Source: Syntrophales bacterium
GTDB lineage: Bacteria; Desulfobacterota; Syntrophia; Syntrophales; PHBD01
DNA: 64,000 nt
Reading direction: 5' to 3'
Assembly: GCA_963668175.1 (NCBI GenBank)
Contig: OY764159.1
Location: 2,112,001 to 2,176,000, forward strand
Within the stretch, counting starts at the first letter, position 1; each line of letters starts with the position of its first letter. The position numbers were made by a program, and so were the translations under genes. Below are positions 39,897-51,846 of this stretch, piece by piece. The notes below the pieces were generated by a model that was not told the origin of the DNA, did not search any database, and was given only the letters and a program-made list of their open reading frames with translations.

Positions 39897-41093
39897 ATGC
39901 CGAAAGAAACAAATTACAATATCTTAATCGATAAAACGCCTGGCCGTTCTGCCGGGAACAGTCGAAAAGCAGGGGCTGCTCCATACGAAGTGAAGGTGAA
40001 AGCCGTGGAAGCGATCAGGAAGTATGCAGGTCTTTATGGATTCAATGAACATCAGACCAGCGAAGTCTTGAAAATCGTGGAACACGAATCTGGATTTAAT
40101 CCAGATGCTGCGAATCCAGACACAACTGCGTCCGGACTAGGACAGATGATGAATGACACGTTTGAGCAGTATGGGCCGCGTGGTGCGAATATTTTCGATC
40201 TGGATGCCAACGCAGAGGCAACAGTCAGATACTATCAACATTGCCTGAACAAAGCCGCAGAGAAAGGACTGACCGGAGAGAAGTTGGATACAGGTGCGTA
40301 TGCGTGTTATCATGACGGCCCGTGGAATTTTAAAGCCGGTAAGGATAAAAAAGGTGCGGATATTTATAAAAAGGTCATTAAAAAATTATCCGGTAAGCCC
40401 AAGGTTAGCAGTAACGAACGCTCCTCCAGCAACTCCGACAAGGTAGCCGAGGCGACGGAACGGGATTCCGAGCGGACAGCCGCGGCTGAGCAGCCGGACG
40501 ATGCTTATTCAACCGAAGACAGGAAGAGAAAAGACCTCGCGGGAGACGACGCCGAATCTGAAACGGCGTGGAGAGGCGGAAATTCAGATCGTCGAAGCAT
40601 ACCTAATTCATGGATAGCGGATGCCGGTAACGTGCTTTCAGATGTGTCCGGAAATGCTCTTCAAAGCGCCCTCCGCGAGGCAAGAAAGCCAACGGATGTC
40701 GAATCGGCCGCGAACACGATGACGCTTCGTGAGGCGCCGACCGATTTGCTTGCCGAACCGGGTTCTCCATTGCAGCACGTAATGGATGCGCTGGGGGTGT
40801 CGTCCGGCGATGTGCATTTAACCCCTGCGGAAGCGGACGATGAGAACGAGACACCGGACTCCTTCGATATTGTGGATAAGGGCACATCCGAAAAGATAGG
40901 CTCTTGTTTGACGACACCCGGCGGCTGCGAGATGACCGCAGGCGACCGGAAGGTCGTGATGGACCGGATAAGCGGTAATGACATTCACCTGCAAACGTAT
41001 GCCAAAAACGACGATGGAGATTTTGAGCTCGTTGGCACAACGCGAATCGGCGACAACGACGGGGTAACGGCAAGAAGGCCGTTTGCGGGTTAG
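39897..41093 (+). CDS. Putative effector 3: lytic transglycosylase-like N-terminus plus shared C-terminal domain
   Basis: IDKTPGRSAGNSR, HESGFNPDAANPDTTASGLGQM, YACYHDGP; no signal peptide. Confidence 0.8.
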   Translation: MPKETNYNILIDKTPGRSAGNSRKAGAAPYEVKVKAVEAIRKYAGLYGFNEHQTSEVLKIVEHESGFNPDAANPDTTASGLGQMMNDTFEQYGPRGANIFDLDANAEATVRYYQHCLNKAAEKGLTGEKLDTGAYACYHDGPWNFKAGKDKKGADIYKKVIKKLSGKPKVSSNERSSSNSDKVAEATERDSERTAAAEQPDDAYSTEDRKRKDLAGDDAESETAWRGGNSDRRSIPNSWIADAGNVLSDVSGNALQSALREARKPTDVESAANTMTLREAPTDLLAEPGSPLQHVMDALGVSSGDVHLTPAEADDENETPDSFDIVDKGTSEKIGSCLTTPGGCEMTAGDRKVVMDRISGNDIHLQTYAKNDDGDFELVGTTRIGDNDGVTARRPFAG

Positions 41094-41167
41094 CGAATGA
41101 GGCCGCTTCGTGATGCGATTACGAGAAGCGGTGCAGCGCACACAGACATTGACCGGAAGGATAACGC

Positions 41168-41536
41168 ATGCGAGATGAATTTTCTTTCTCTGAAGTCGAA
41201 CGGATTGTTCCGGCTATTAAAAGAAGCACCGCCCAGATGTGGGTCAAGGCTGGGATTATTGTGCCGAAAGAGAATCATGTGGGCCGAGGGGTGTCGCGGG
41301 TTTACTCTTTCGAAAATCTCATTGAGCTTTTTGCAGCTGCGGAATTATCCGGATGTTGGGGGATGGCCACGAAGGGCATAGAATCGCATCTGAAGCGTCC
41401 AAGGTTTAAGAGTGCCGTCAAAGAGAGAGGCGTCTATTGCCGTGTTCGCTATGGTAACGATGCAGACAGCGGCATTACATCGGCTGTGATAATATTCATT
41501 GGAGAAATTGCGGCGGAGATAGAAAGGCGGCTGTAA
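41168..41536 (+). CDS. MerR-like HTH DNA-binding protein (phage type)
   Basis: FSFSEVERI...RSTAQMWVKAGIIVP.....GRGVSRVYSFENL. Confidence 0.65.
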   Translation: MRDEFSFSEVERIVPAIKRSTAQMWVKAGIIVPKENHVGRGVSRVYSFENLIELFAAAELSGCWGMATKGIESHLKRPRFKSAVKERGVYCRVRYGNDADSGITSAVIIFIGEIAAEIERRL

Positions 41537-41667
41537 TATCGGCTCGATTAATTAGTCTTAGAAAAACCTTGACAGTCCCTATATTCCTCTATTAATAGAT
41601 ATACAATCTGCATAGGACGAATGGTTTATTAAAACACAGGCAGAGCAACACGCATTGTCGGCCTGCT

Positions 41668-42243
41668 ATGACATCCGCTTCCGATCAAACCGTTAATACT
41701 GCGCCGGAGTCGCTCACAAGCGATCATTATACAATCTTTCATTTAATCCTCCAGCTCGCTTTTGCCGCGCTGTTATTCTTTTTGAACGAACTCGATAGAA
41801 GGCTGAATCTCTATCTGCTGCTGGTTCCGCTCCTCCTTGTCCCGGCATTAGTAGTGGTGATTATCTGGCTGACCAGCGTCATAACAAACAGCATTAGAAA
41901 GAGGTGGCGTCGTCTCGCTTCCGCCGTCATTGCACCGGTGATCATTTTTTGCCTCATGGCCTCGCTTGCTCACTGGCGGATCGATGCGGATTGGGTACGC
42001 TTTCAGGCAAACCATCGACACTATGAAAAATCGGTACAGTTCCTCAAGGGGCCGCACCCCAGACATGTTACGTGGGATTGGGGCCATACCGGAGGCGCGG
42101 CGGTCGTCTGCATTGATTACGAACTCCACTACGACGAATCCGATTTAACAAAGCTCCGAGATGGAGAGAGGAAAGGGGGCGGTATCATCAGAGTCCGCGA
42201 TTTCGGAAACCACTTCTACCTCGTTACCGCCGTCTATCAATAG
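41668..42243 (+). CDS. Membrane protein, orphan homolog of the 30921 immunity-like gene
   Basis: Three TM segments; WVRFQ...HY, YELHYDESD, RVRDFGNHFYLV; same length (191 aa). Confidence 0.65.
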   Translation: MTSASDQTVNTAPESLTSDHYTIFHLILQLAFAALLFFLNELDRRLNLYLLLVPLLLVPALVVVIIWLTSVITNSIRKRWRRLASAVIAPVIIFCLMASLAHWRIDADWVRFQANHRHYEKSVQFLKGPHPRHVTWDWGHTGGAAVVCIDYELHYDESDLTKLRDGERKGGGIIRVRDFGNHFYLVTAVYQ

Positions 42244-42325
42244 AATCCCGTCATATTCCGGGGACGGTATGTTTCCGGGGGAACCATCCCCCGGCCAGAG
42301 AATGCGTTACGTATTTTTCGATTTC

Positions 42326-43237
42326 TTATTTATGAAATAATTCAAATCTCCGCAAATGAAGATTGAGACTTCTCGCAAATCCATCGAGACCTGGAAACAA
42401 GGTCGACGGATTGACATTCATTTCATGAAGGTCATATAACGCTTCTTTATGAATATCTCTTGATATGACTATTTTCAATATCGCAACATCTCGGAAATCA
42501 AACTCTTCTAATCGGGCCGTCTCAATTTGCGTCGCATCGGCGCTTGATAATTCATCAAAAGTTATCTCAAATGCAGCGCATAGATTCTTTTCGAAGGACG
42601 ACTGTCTATTGCATGGGAATAAAAAAATACCCTGTTGCATCCAGAGACGAGTATGTTGGAGGAAAGGGTCGATTAACAAGACAGAGTTTTCACTCTCTTC
42701 TTTTGAATTCAGGCATTCGTTTGCCCTGTCTTTGTGCGCTTTGACTATTTCTCTGTATGGATGAGAGTATGGCGACATGCCGCCAATTTCTACCGAATCT
42801 ATAAGCATGTTTATGTTAATGGCCCAAACGGCCGAATCGTCCGTTGAATTTTCCATAGCAAAGAACGCTGCTATAAAGAAGGAATCCGTAAAATCCAAGA
42901 GCCTCGTACTCCCGCCGTAGTGCTGCAAGAAAGATAGCCATTCGATGCTGTTATTTAATTCCGGAAGTTTATGCTCGAAGAGATGAGCTCGACGTTGAAA
43001 TTCGCTAAGCATATACAATTCTGTATTTTGATAGTGGTATTTAGTGCATTGGTATTGCTCGGCGTCTCTCTCGAATCTCGTTGATAAAGGCCACTCTTTA
43101 TCTCCCTGGCCACGAAATGCCCAAATAGGAGCCCCGGCTTTCATGCACGAGAGAAGCTTTCCTCGGTCATTCCAGGAGTCAATTGCTATTTCACAAAATT
43201 TATGTGAATCCGTCTTCAAATGATTTCCCTTAGCCAA
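42326..43237 (-). CDS. FRG-domain protein
   Basis: FRGQ, LQHYGGSTRLLDFT, AAFFA, R..QQGIF, LFPGLDG. Confidence 0.9.
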   Translation of the reverse strand: MAKGNHLKTDSHKFCEIAIDSWNDRGKLLSCMKAGAPIWAFRGQGDKEWPLSTRFERDAEQYQCTKYHYQNTELYMLSEFQRRAHLFEHKLPELNNSIEWLSFLQHYGGSTRLLDFTDSFFIAAFFAMENSTDDSAVWAININMLIDSVEIGGMSPYSHPYREIVKAHKDRANECLNSKEESENSVLLIDPFLQHTRLWMQQGIFLFPCNRQSSFEKNLCAAFEITFDELSSADATQIETARLEEFDFRDVAILKIVISRDIHKEALYDLHEMNVNPSTLFPGLDGFARSLNLHLRRFELFHK

Positions 43238-43333
43238 GGATATTTCTTAACGACGCAATTTATCCGCTTGTTGGATGAATTCCTGTGAAACCATTCGGAA
43301 TGATGTAGAAGGCAACAACCCGCGCAATCCGCT

Positions 43334-43789
43334 TCAGCCCGGGAACCAGAGCATCTTGAGTTTGACGATGCCTTCCATACCGCGCGCAAGCGCGATGCAG
43401 AAGATTCCCCATGCGAAGAAAGCGAGTTGAAATTTGAACCTGCGGCTGAACTTGATTTCCAGCTCCGCGAAGATCGTGTTCAGCCTGTCGATGCCTTCGA
43501 CGGCGGTCAGCAGCGTATCGGGCGGGATGTTCTTCTGTTCCAGGATCGTTCTGGCCCTGTCCGCCTCCCATGCCCGGAAGAAGAGGTGCTGGACGTTCCA
43601 GGCGTTCATGACCGCAATGACCAGCGACAAGAGAAGCAGGAGCCATCCCGCAAGCTCGAGCAGGAGGCCGTACTTGCCGAGGCTTCCGAACTTGGCCGTC
43701 TGCACCACGGCCCCGAGGAGCGCCACGACGATGCCGATAAAGACGTGGTGGAACTTTTGCTGCGATTCGATGTTCTTGATGTCCGCCAT
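43334..43789 (-). CDS. Membrane hypothetical protein
   Basis: 151 aa with three hydrophobic segments. Confidence 0.65.
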   Translation of the reverse strand: MADIKNIESQQKFHHVFIGIVVALLGAVVQTAKFGSLGKYGLLLELAGWLLLLLSLVIAVMNAWNVQHLFFRAWEADRARTILEQKNIPPDTLLTAVEGIDRLNTIFAELEIKFSRRFKFQLAFFAWGIFCIALARGMEGIVKLKMLWFPG

Positions 43790-44618
43790 CTGTGCTCCGG
43801 ACGAATACCGTATTTGCCGTTTTTCCCGTCGGCGGCGGGGCAGGTGTCAGCGCGCCGTTCTTTCGGGAGCAGGAAAGCGCGGACCGGCCCCCGTGAAAAA
43901 TACCGGGCGGCGCGTTCGCGGCATGCCGCGGCCGATGCGGCCCGCCCCGCTTTACCGTTCCTCAAGGCGACGATGATCGAAGGACTCCTCTTTCTTGCCA
44001 CGATCGCCGCCAACATGTCAATACGAATCAGAAAAAAAGACGGTCCCGCGGACAGCCTTCCCGCCGGCTGCCGTGTATCGGTATAATGATACGACCCCGC
44101 GGCCGCCCGCACCCGCAAGTTGTCATTTTCAAAGGACAACACCCATTTTCCGCAGAAGGCGGTCCGCCGGCGGACGCTGCCGCCGGGGATGCCTTCGCGG
44201 CGCCGCCGGTTACATATATGGAACACTGCCGGCGCAGCCGGGCGCGGTTGCGGCAGCCGTTCCCGGAAACGGCGCGAGGGTCTTTTCCTGCCGGGGTTTC
44301 CCGCCCGGAGCGCATTTTTACCGCCCCGGCGTCCGGCCGGGCCGGGGAAAGGTTTTCCGCTCCGGCTTCGCCGGGCGGGTTCGTGGTTCTGCGGCGATTT
44401 GCGCGGCAAGTCCCCGATGCGCCGCATCATTCCCTTTGACTTATGAAAATGGCCTGTCTTATACTCCGGGTGCCGGGTGGTGTCGTCTTCTCATAAAGCA
44501 GCCGCCTGAAACACGAAGCGGGCAGGGCGGCCGGCCGCCGGGCCGGGTCGCGCCGGGATTGCCGCCGCGCGGCGGTCGAACAAATCATTTCGGAACAAGA
44601 CAATACGGGAGGCAGGCT

Positions 44619-44858
44619 ATGGACGTTCGGGACATGAAGGGCGATCCGTCGATGTGGGAAAGGCTCGCGTGGGCGGATCTCAGCCCCAGGGAAAGGGAGC
44701 TGTGGACCGTCCTCGGCTGGCGGGAATCGAAGTGGGACCGGAACGACCCGCCCCCCAGCGCGGGCAAGGATTGGATAAACCTGAGCTTCGACGAGCAGTA
44801 TGCGGCGGCCGAACTCGGCTTCACCAATTCCCTGTGGGACAGCTTTGAAGACCAGTAG
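44619..44858 (+). CDS. Small Trp-rich hypothetical protein
   Basis: RBS GGGAGG; internal repeat W.DLS..E...W..LGW / W..LS..E..AA..LGF. Confidence 0.7.
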   Translation: MDVRDMKGDPSMWERLAWADLSPRERELWTVLGWRESKWDRNDPPPSAGKDWINLSFDEQYAAAELGFTNSLWDSFEDQ

Positions 44859-44876
44859 CGCCGCCGGGGAACCGAC

Positions 44877-45533
44877 ATGAAGCTCTTCGTCATCAGCGAC
44901 ATCCACGGGGCGACGAGGCCCGTCGAAAGCGCCGCCGCGCTCATCCGCGACGCCGACGCCGTCGTCGTCGCCGGGGACATCACGCGCGGCAGAACGCGGG
45001 CCGAGGCGGCGGACGTCATCGCCTGCATCGAGCAGTTCTCGACGCGCATCCTCGCCGTCCACGGCAACTGGGACAGGCGGGAGGTCGGGGACCTCCTGGA
45101 AGAGAAGGGCTACTCCCTGCACGGGACGGGCCGGGTCCTGGACGGGACGGGGTTCTTCGGCGCCGGAGGGTCGTCGCCGACGCCCATGGGCACGGCCACG
45201 GAATACACGGAGGAGGAAATCGCCCGGATTTTGGCGGCGGGATACGAATGCGTGAAGGAGGCCCCCCGCGCCGTCCTGATCTCCCATGGTCCGCCGCGCG
45301 GCGTCCGGGACCGGACCTACCTCGGAATGCGGGGCGGCAGCCGCAGCGTCCGGGCTTTTCTCGAAACCAACCCGATAAGCCTCTGCCTCTGCGGCCACAT
45401 CCACGAGGCGCACGGCCTCGAACGTTTTCACGATACGCTGGTCGCCAATGCGGGGAGCTTCAAGCGGGGACGCTATATTTCCGTCGACATCGGCGCGGAT
45501 ATATCGGCGACGCCCGGCCGCGTCGAAACCTGA
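44877..45533 (+). CDS. Metallophosphoesterase (Icc-like)
   Basis: SDIHG, AGDIT, HGNWD, SHGPP, CGHIHE. Confidence 0.9.
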   Translation: MKLFVISDIHGATRPVESAAALIRDADAVVVAGDITRGRTRAEAADVIACIEQFSTRILAVHGNWDRREVGDLLEEKGYSLHGTGRVLDGTGFFGAGGSSPTPMGTATEYTEEEIARILAAGYECVKEAPRAVLISHGPPRGVRDRTYLGMRGGSRSVRAFLETNPISLCLCGHIHEAHGLERFHDTLVANAGSFKRGRYISVDIGADISATPGRVET

Positions 45534-45660
45534 TTCGCCGCCCGCCGAAGCGCCGCCGGCGACAGGCGCGGAGACGATTGCAAACCGCGGCTTCTTTCTG
45601 TACGCAATAACAATGATTTCTTCATCGATATGCAATCTTTCGATTGTTCATCTGCAATTG

Positions 45661-45697
45661 AAAAAAGAAAGGCAGAGCCCGCAGACCCTGCCTTCTT
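45661..45697 (-). terminator. Probable terminator of the PEP-CTERM gene
   Basis: AAGGCAG/CTGCCTT stem with T tract on the minus strand. Confidence 0.55.
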
Positions 45698-45741
45698 CAA
45701 AGAGAAAAAAAATGGTTACTGTAAAATCTGTTTAATCAAGA

Positions 45742-46692
45742 TTATTTTCCGAACTTCCTTCTTGCGCGCCTCCTGCAGGGGGCAACCGCAACACCTGCCA
45801 AGCCGAAACCAAGAAGCAGCATGGTACCCGGTTCAGGAACGGGTGTCGAACTCTGCATGTTCCCAATGAATCCATGGACATTTTGTTCGGCATCTTGGTA
45901 ATATCCCACGATCTGGCCGTTGTCGTTGATGCCGGTAAGAAAGGTGCCGCCCACACCATCCGGGTTGTCAATGATCGTGCAATCCGAATCACTGCAAAGG
46001 AACCCGTGCGTGATTCCGTCTTGATAGAAATACCCGACGATTTGCATTGAATTGTTGATTCCCGTTGCGTACGTTTCGACCGCTCCCGGATATTGGACTG
46101 CCCGGACCACTGTTTTAGTCGGCCAGGAATAGATTCTGCTTATCTCCAGCAAACCGTTGTAAACCGCAATGTCGCCTTTGTTATTAATTGCATAAGCGAG
46201 TACATTGTCTTGTATGTGCCATATTTTTGCCTCGGTGGTATTGTAAAGGAAAGCATACTGGCTCAATATTCCCGTGTAATATCCGACAATGTCGCCGTTG
46301 TCGTTGATTCCGGAAGGCCTCATCGAAAAATTACCATAGTAGATCCATCTCAACTCCGTTCCGTCAGTGCTGCGAACGAAACCGTCCGTGTGGTCATTTT
46401 TTATTCCTGTACCGACAATCTGACCGCTATTATTGATGCCCGTCAAAAAGGTGTTGCCATCGCCGACCTTAACAGTCGTGTAAGTCCCTCCACTGTCTCG
46501 CACGAAACCAGAGTACCCTTCGCCCGGGACTGCAAAACTGCCGACGACCTCGCCGGAATTATTGATCCCATTTGCGTAGGTAAGAGTAGCGCCCGGAACA
46601 TCGATAGCGGTAAACGTATAGTCGGCATGAGCTACATTAAATCCTATGACTAAAAAAAGCGTTGGGAGTAATGCTGCAAAAGCCTTTTTCAT
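45742..46692 (-). CDS. PEP-CTERM protein with HAF/GIN-type extracellular repeats
   Basis: Signal peptide; repeated GINNSGQIVG; VPEPGTMLLLGFGLAG. Confidence 0.92.
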   Translation of the reverse strand: MKKAFAALLPTLFLVIGFNVAHADYTFTAIDVPGATLTYANGINNSGEVVGSFAVPGEGYSGFVRDSGGTYTTVKVGDGNTFLTGINNSGQIVGTGIKNDHTDGFVRSTDGTELRWIYYGNFSMRPSGINDNGDIVGYYTGILSQYAFLYNTTEAKIWHIQDNVLAYAINNKGDIAVYNGLLEISRIYSWPTKTVVRAVQYPGAVETYATGINNSMQIVGYFYQDGITHGFLCSDSDCTIIDNPDGVGGTFLTGINDNGQIVGYYQDAEQNVHGFIGNMQSSTPVPEPGTMLLLGFGLAGVAVAPCRRRARRKFGK

Positions 46693-46726
46693 TTCAAATC
46701 TCCTAAGGCAAATGGTTATTGTGAAT

Positions 46727-46861
46727 TTACTTCCTGAACTTCCTCCTCGCGCGCCCCCGTGCAGGGGGCAACCGCAACGCCTGCTAAGCCGAGGCCAAGA
46801 ATGAGCGTAGTGGTGGGTTCGGGGACAGAAGAGGGATCGACAAAAGTCCGGATTTTCTCAT
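46727..46861 (-). pseudogene. Internally deleted PEP-CTERM gene remnant
   Basis: RBS plus ATG AGA AAA TCC joined out of frame directly to VPEPTTTLILGLGLAGVAVA...RRKFRK*. Confidence 0.75.
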
Positions 46862-46892
46862 ATCCCCCTCTTATTTTATTTTCCCGAATCGT

Positions 46893-47087
46893 CGCAAATT
46901 GCATACCAAGATGATAAGCAGCTGTATTCATGAATTAATTCCCATGGCCTCAGGTTTCCGATCTTCATTAAATGTAAAGAAATGTTACACAAATATTCGC
47001 TGAGAGTACATGGTATAGGTATAGTATAATATTATCCACAGGTTGAATGGCTGGAATCTTCTGGGTAGATTGTCGGAATTATTTACA
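46893..47087 (-). promoter_or_regulatory. Sigma54 promoter (46893-46908) with TGT-N11-ACA sites (46973-46989, 47071-47087)
   Basis: TGGTATGCAATTTGCG differs by 1 nt from the 21316 promoter. Confidence 0.7.
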
Positions 47088-47862
47088 CCAGGCCGTGGGG
47101 CCACTGGGATATCGAAGCGTATGCGCAGTTATCAGTGACCGTCTTTCAGACGGTTATCGATAATCTTCGAATGAACACGAATGAGAAGATAGTAGGTGTA
47201 AGCGACGGGCAAGGCAGAGCCTGTCCTGACGGGGGCTGCAATGTCGCGTATCGGCCGGGGCGATGAATGCGGTTGTCGTCGTCGCCCGCCTTCCGGCGGC
47301 GTTAAACGGGATTTCGGCGGTGCGGGAGGTCTTGTCGGAAGCGGATTGACGGGAATAACCCGCCCCGGGTTCCGGCTGATGTCTGAAATGCGATCTGTCA
47401 ATATCTGCGCGGTTCCGTGCCGAAGTCCCCATGTCCGGGAAGGGGCGCTTTCCCGATAGTTTCATTATTACGGATAGATGGCCTGATAGTCGTCTGGCCG
47501 GCTGTTTTAAGCCGGCCGTCTGCACAAAATCGATGCGGAAAAGCAGTACGAAAGTCAGCCTGACAATAGTATTCTCTGGATTATTATCGGCATCGATTTA
47601 TCAGCGATGTTCAAAAAAAATGTCCGGAAGTCTTTACATAATAGGTAAATAATGATATATACCATAGTTATATATTGACTGATAAATGTACCTGATCTCC
47701 GCCCGCTACAACCGACCTGAGTAACATACGGGATCGGGACAGATGTGATAAGCGGTATCTGTTTAAAATTGTTCGATTAATGATAAATTGCCCGTTTCAT
47801 GCTCAGCCTGGCATGAATAAAGCGGCCTTTCGCAGTCAATCATTAGCTGATGAGGAGGAATA

Positions 47863-48483
47863 ATGAAAAAGATCTTACTGACACTCTGCATGACATTCAT
47901 TCTTTTTACGGCTCCGGTCCAGGCGGCCAATGTCACCCTGATCGACCAGGGTGCGACATGGAACTATTCGGTTCTTAGCACGGACCTGTGGTCCAATTGG
48001 TCGGCGGCCGGATACGCATCGTTCAACTGGGCCGATGCCGCGTGGTCGACCGGTAACGCCGCGTTCGGCAACGCCTCATTTACGTTGCCCTATCAGACTT
48101 ATTGGGGGGCAAATACCGATCTGGCGCTTCAGAAAGTTTTCACCATCAACGGTACGCTTTCCGGGCCTTTAACGCTTAACGTCGCCGCCGATAACGGGTT
48201 CATCGTCTTCATCAACGGTCACGAGGTAGCCAAACGGAATGCGGAAGGAATTACCAATTACTGGCAATATACGTTGCAGCTTTCTTCACTCGATTTCATC
48301 GCTCCGGGCAGCAATACCATTCAGGTGCTGGCGGAAGATCACGGCATCATGACGTTCTTTGACTTGAAATTGACGGGAAACGTCGACCCTGTCCTTAACC
48401 CTGTTCCAGAGCCCGTTACGATTCTGCTGCTCGGCCTCGGACTGACAGGTGTCGCTGTTGCAAGGAGAAAATGCAACCGATAG
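47863..48483 (+). CDS. PEP-CTERM protein
   Basis: Signal peptide; ADNG..VFINGHEV; VPEPVTILLLGLGL; possible sigma54 site at 47809-47824. Confidence 0.9.
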   Translation: MKKILLTLCMTFILFTAPVQAANVTLIDQGATWNYSVLSTDLWSNWSAAGYASFNWADAAWSTGNAAFGNASFTLPYQTYWGANTDLALQKVFTINGTLSGPLTLNVAADNGFIVFINGHEVAKRNAEGITNYWQYTLQLSSLDFIAPGSNTIQVLAEDHGIMTFFDLKLTGNVDPVLNPVPEPVTILLLGLGLTGVAVARRKCNR

Positions 48484-48508
48484 ATTTTTGTCTGGAGAGC
48501 ATAATCAG

Positions 48509-48539
48509 AAGGCAGCGTCTATAGACGCTGCCTTTTTTT
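48509..48539 (+). terminator. Rho-independent terminator
   Basis: AAGGCAGCGTCT AT AGACGCTGCCTT TTTTT. Confidence 0.8.
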
Positions 48540-48798
48540 ATTTGAACACAAACTTCATTGTCGAAGCCTTCGGTTGCTGCTTTTCGGCTAGTCGTTCCCG
48601 CCGCCGCGGCGCCTTCCGTCTTTACAAAAGTTATTGGTCTTCTCCCCGACAGCCGGTCGTGGATTATCCCATGAAACGTGCTCGCAGCCGGAATGACCGA
48701 ACCGTCCGGCGGACGGCATGTGGTCGCCGCCGGACGGGCTGCTGAAGAACCTTGATCCTGCGCCTTCCCGGAAGCCCGCGAAGGCGACTATGCCGCAA

Positions 48799-51036
<2,238 letters not shown>

Positions 51037-51311
51037 CTATGAGCAGCCGCGTTTCGCCGCCCGTCCGGTTAAGCATCCGTCGCTTTTGCCGGTCGTGTTA
51101 TCGCGTTTATACAAGTCCGCTTTGCTTCATCTCCTGAATCGTCGGCATTTTCGCCTTCGCAGCCTGTCGGGAATGATTCCGTCTGATATAAACATCCGCT
51201 TTTAGATATTATCACCGATACGTAATGGACCCGGCGGATGAAGGCAATGAGCAATAATCGAGAGAGGAATAAGAGGTGCATCCTCCCCCTCCGCCGCCGG
51301 TCACGGCCTTC

Positions 51312-51334
51312 TTATTCGGAATCATTCCAGATAA
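51312..51334. promoter_or_regulatory. Putative PerR/Fur operator upstream of katG
   Basis: TTATTCGGAATCATTCCAGATAA imperfect palindrome; near copy at 51847-51869 and a core copy at ~51170. Confidence 0.65.
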
Positions 51335-51384
51335 CAAACCAAAAAAAATGACATGAAAACAAACCCGTTCCTGAAAGCATCGAA

Positions 51385-51834
51385 CTAATTGCCGCCGCCA
51401 AGCTTCCTTCCTTTGCCTTTCGCGCAATCTCCGCATCGGCCGTAATACTCGAGCCTGTTGCCGGTGATTGTGAAGCCCGTGTTTTTGGCCACCTCCCTCC
51501 GATCGAGGGAAACGGGGGCGTCGTAGTCGACGATCTTTCCGCACGCTTCGCAGATGAGGTTGAAGTGCTCTTCGAGGTTCGCCTCGCAGCGGTTCTCGCT
51601 GCCGTCGAACTCAAGCGATTTGATGATGCCGTGCCGGCACAACTCTTTGATGTTTTCGTAGACCGACGACAGGCTTAATCCGGCGCCCTTCTTTCTCGCT
51701 TCGTCGTAAATGAAGCGCGCGCCGGGATGGAGGTGCCCCTTCTTCACCAGCACGTCGACGATGGCGAGCCTCTGCGGGGTGATTCTCAATCCTTTATCTC
51801 TCAGCCTGCGGACGATGGATTCTTTGGTCATCAT
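51385..51834 (-). CDS. Fur-family transcriptional regulator (PerR-like)
   Basis: GLRITPQRLAI, HP.A, H.NLICEACGKI, YGRC..C; adjacent to katG. Confidence 0.88.
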   Translation of the reverse strand: MMTKESIVRRLRDKGLRITPQRLAIVDVLVKKGHLHPGARFIYDEARKKGAGLSLSSVYENIKELCRHGIIKSLEFDGSENRCEANLEEHFNLICEACGKIVDYDAPVSLDRREVAKNTGFTITGNRLEYYGRCGDCAKGKGRKLGGGN

Positions 51835-51846
51835 AGCGTATTCATC

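Larger units (their letters stand above)
28691..43789. mobile_element. Decayed prophage-like / integrative accessory region carrying effector-immunity modules (boundaries approximate)
   Basis: cI-like, rep-like and two small HTH genes plus mixed low-GC cargo; no integrase, structural genes or att sites found. Confidence 0.5.
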
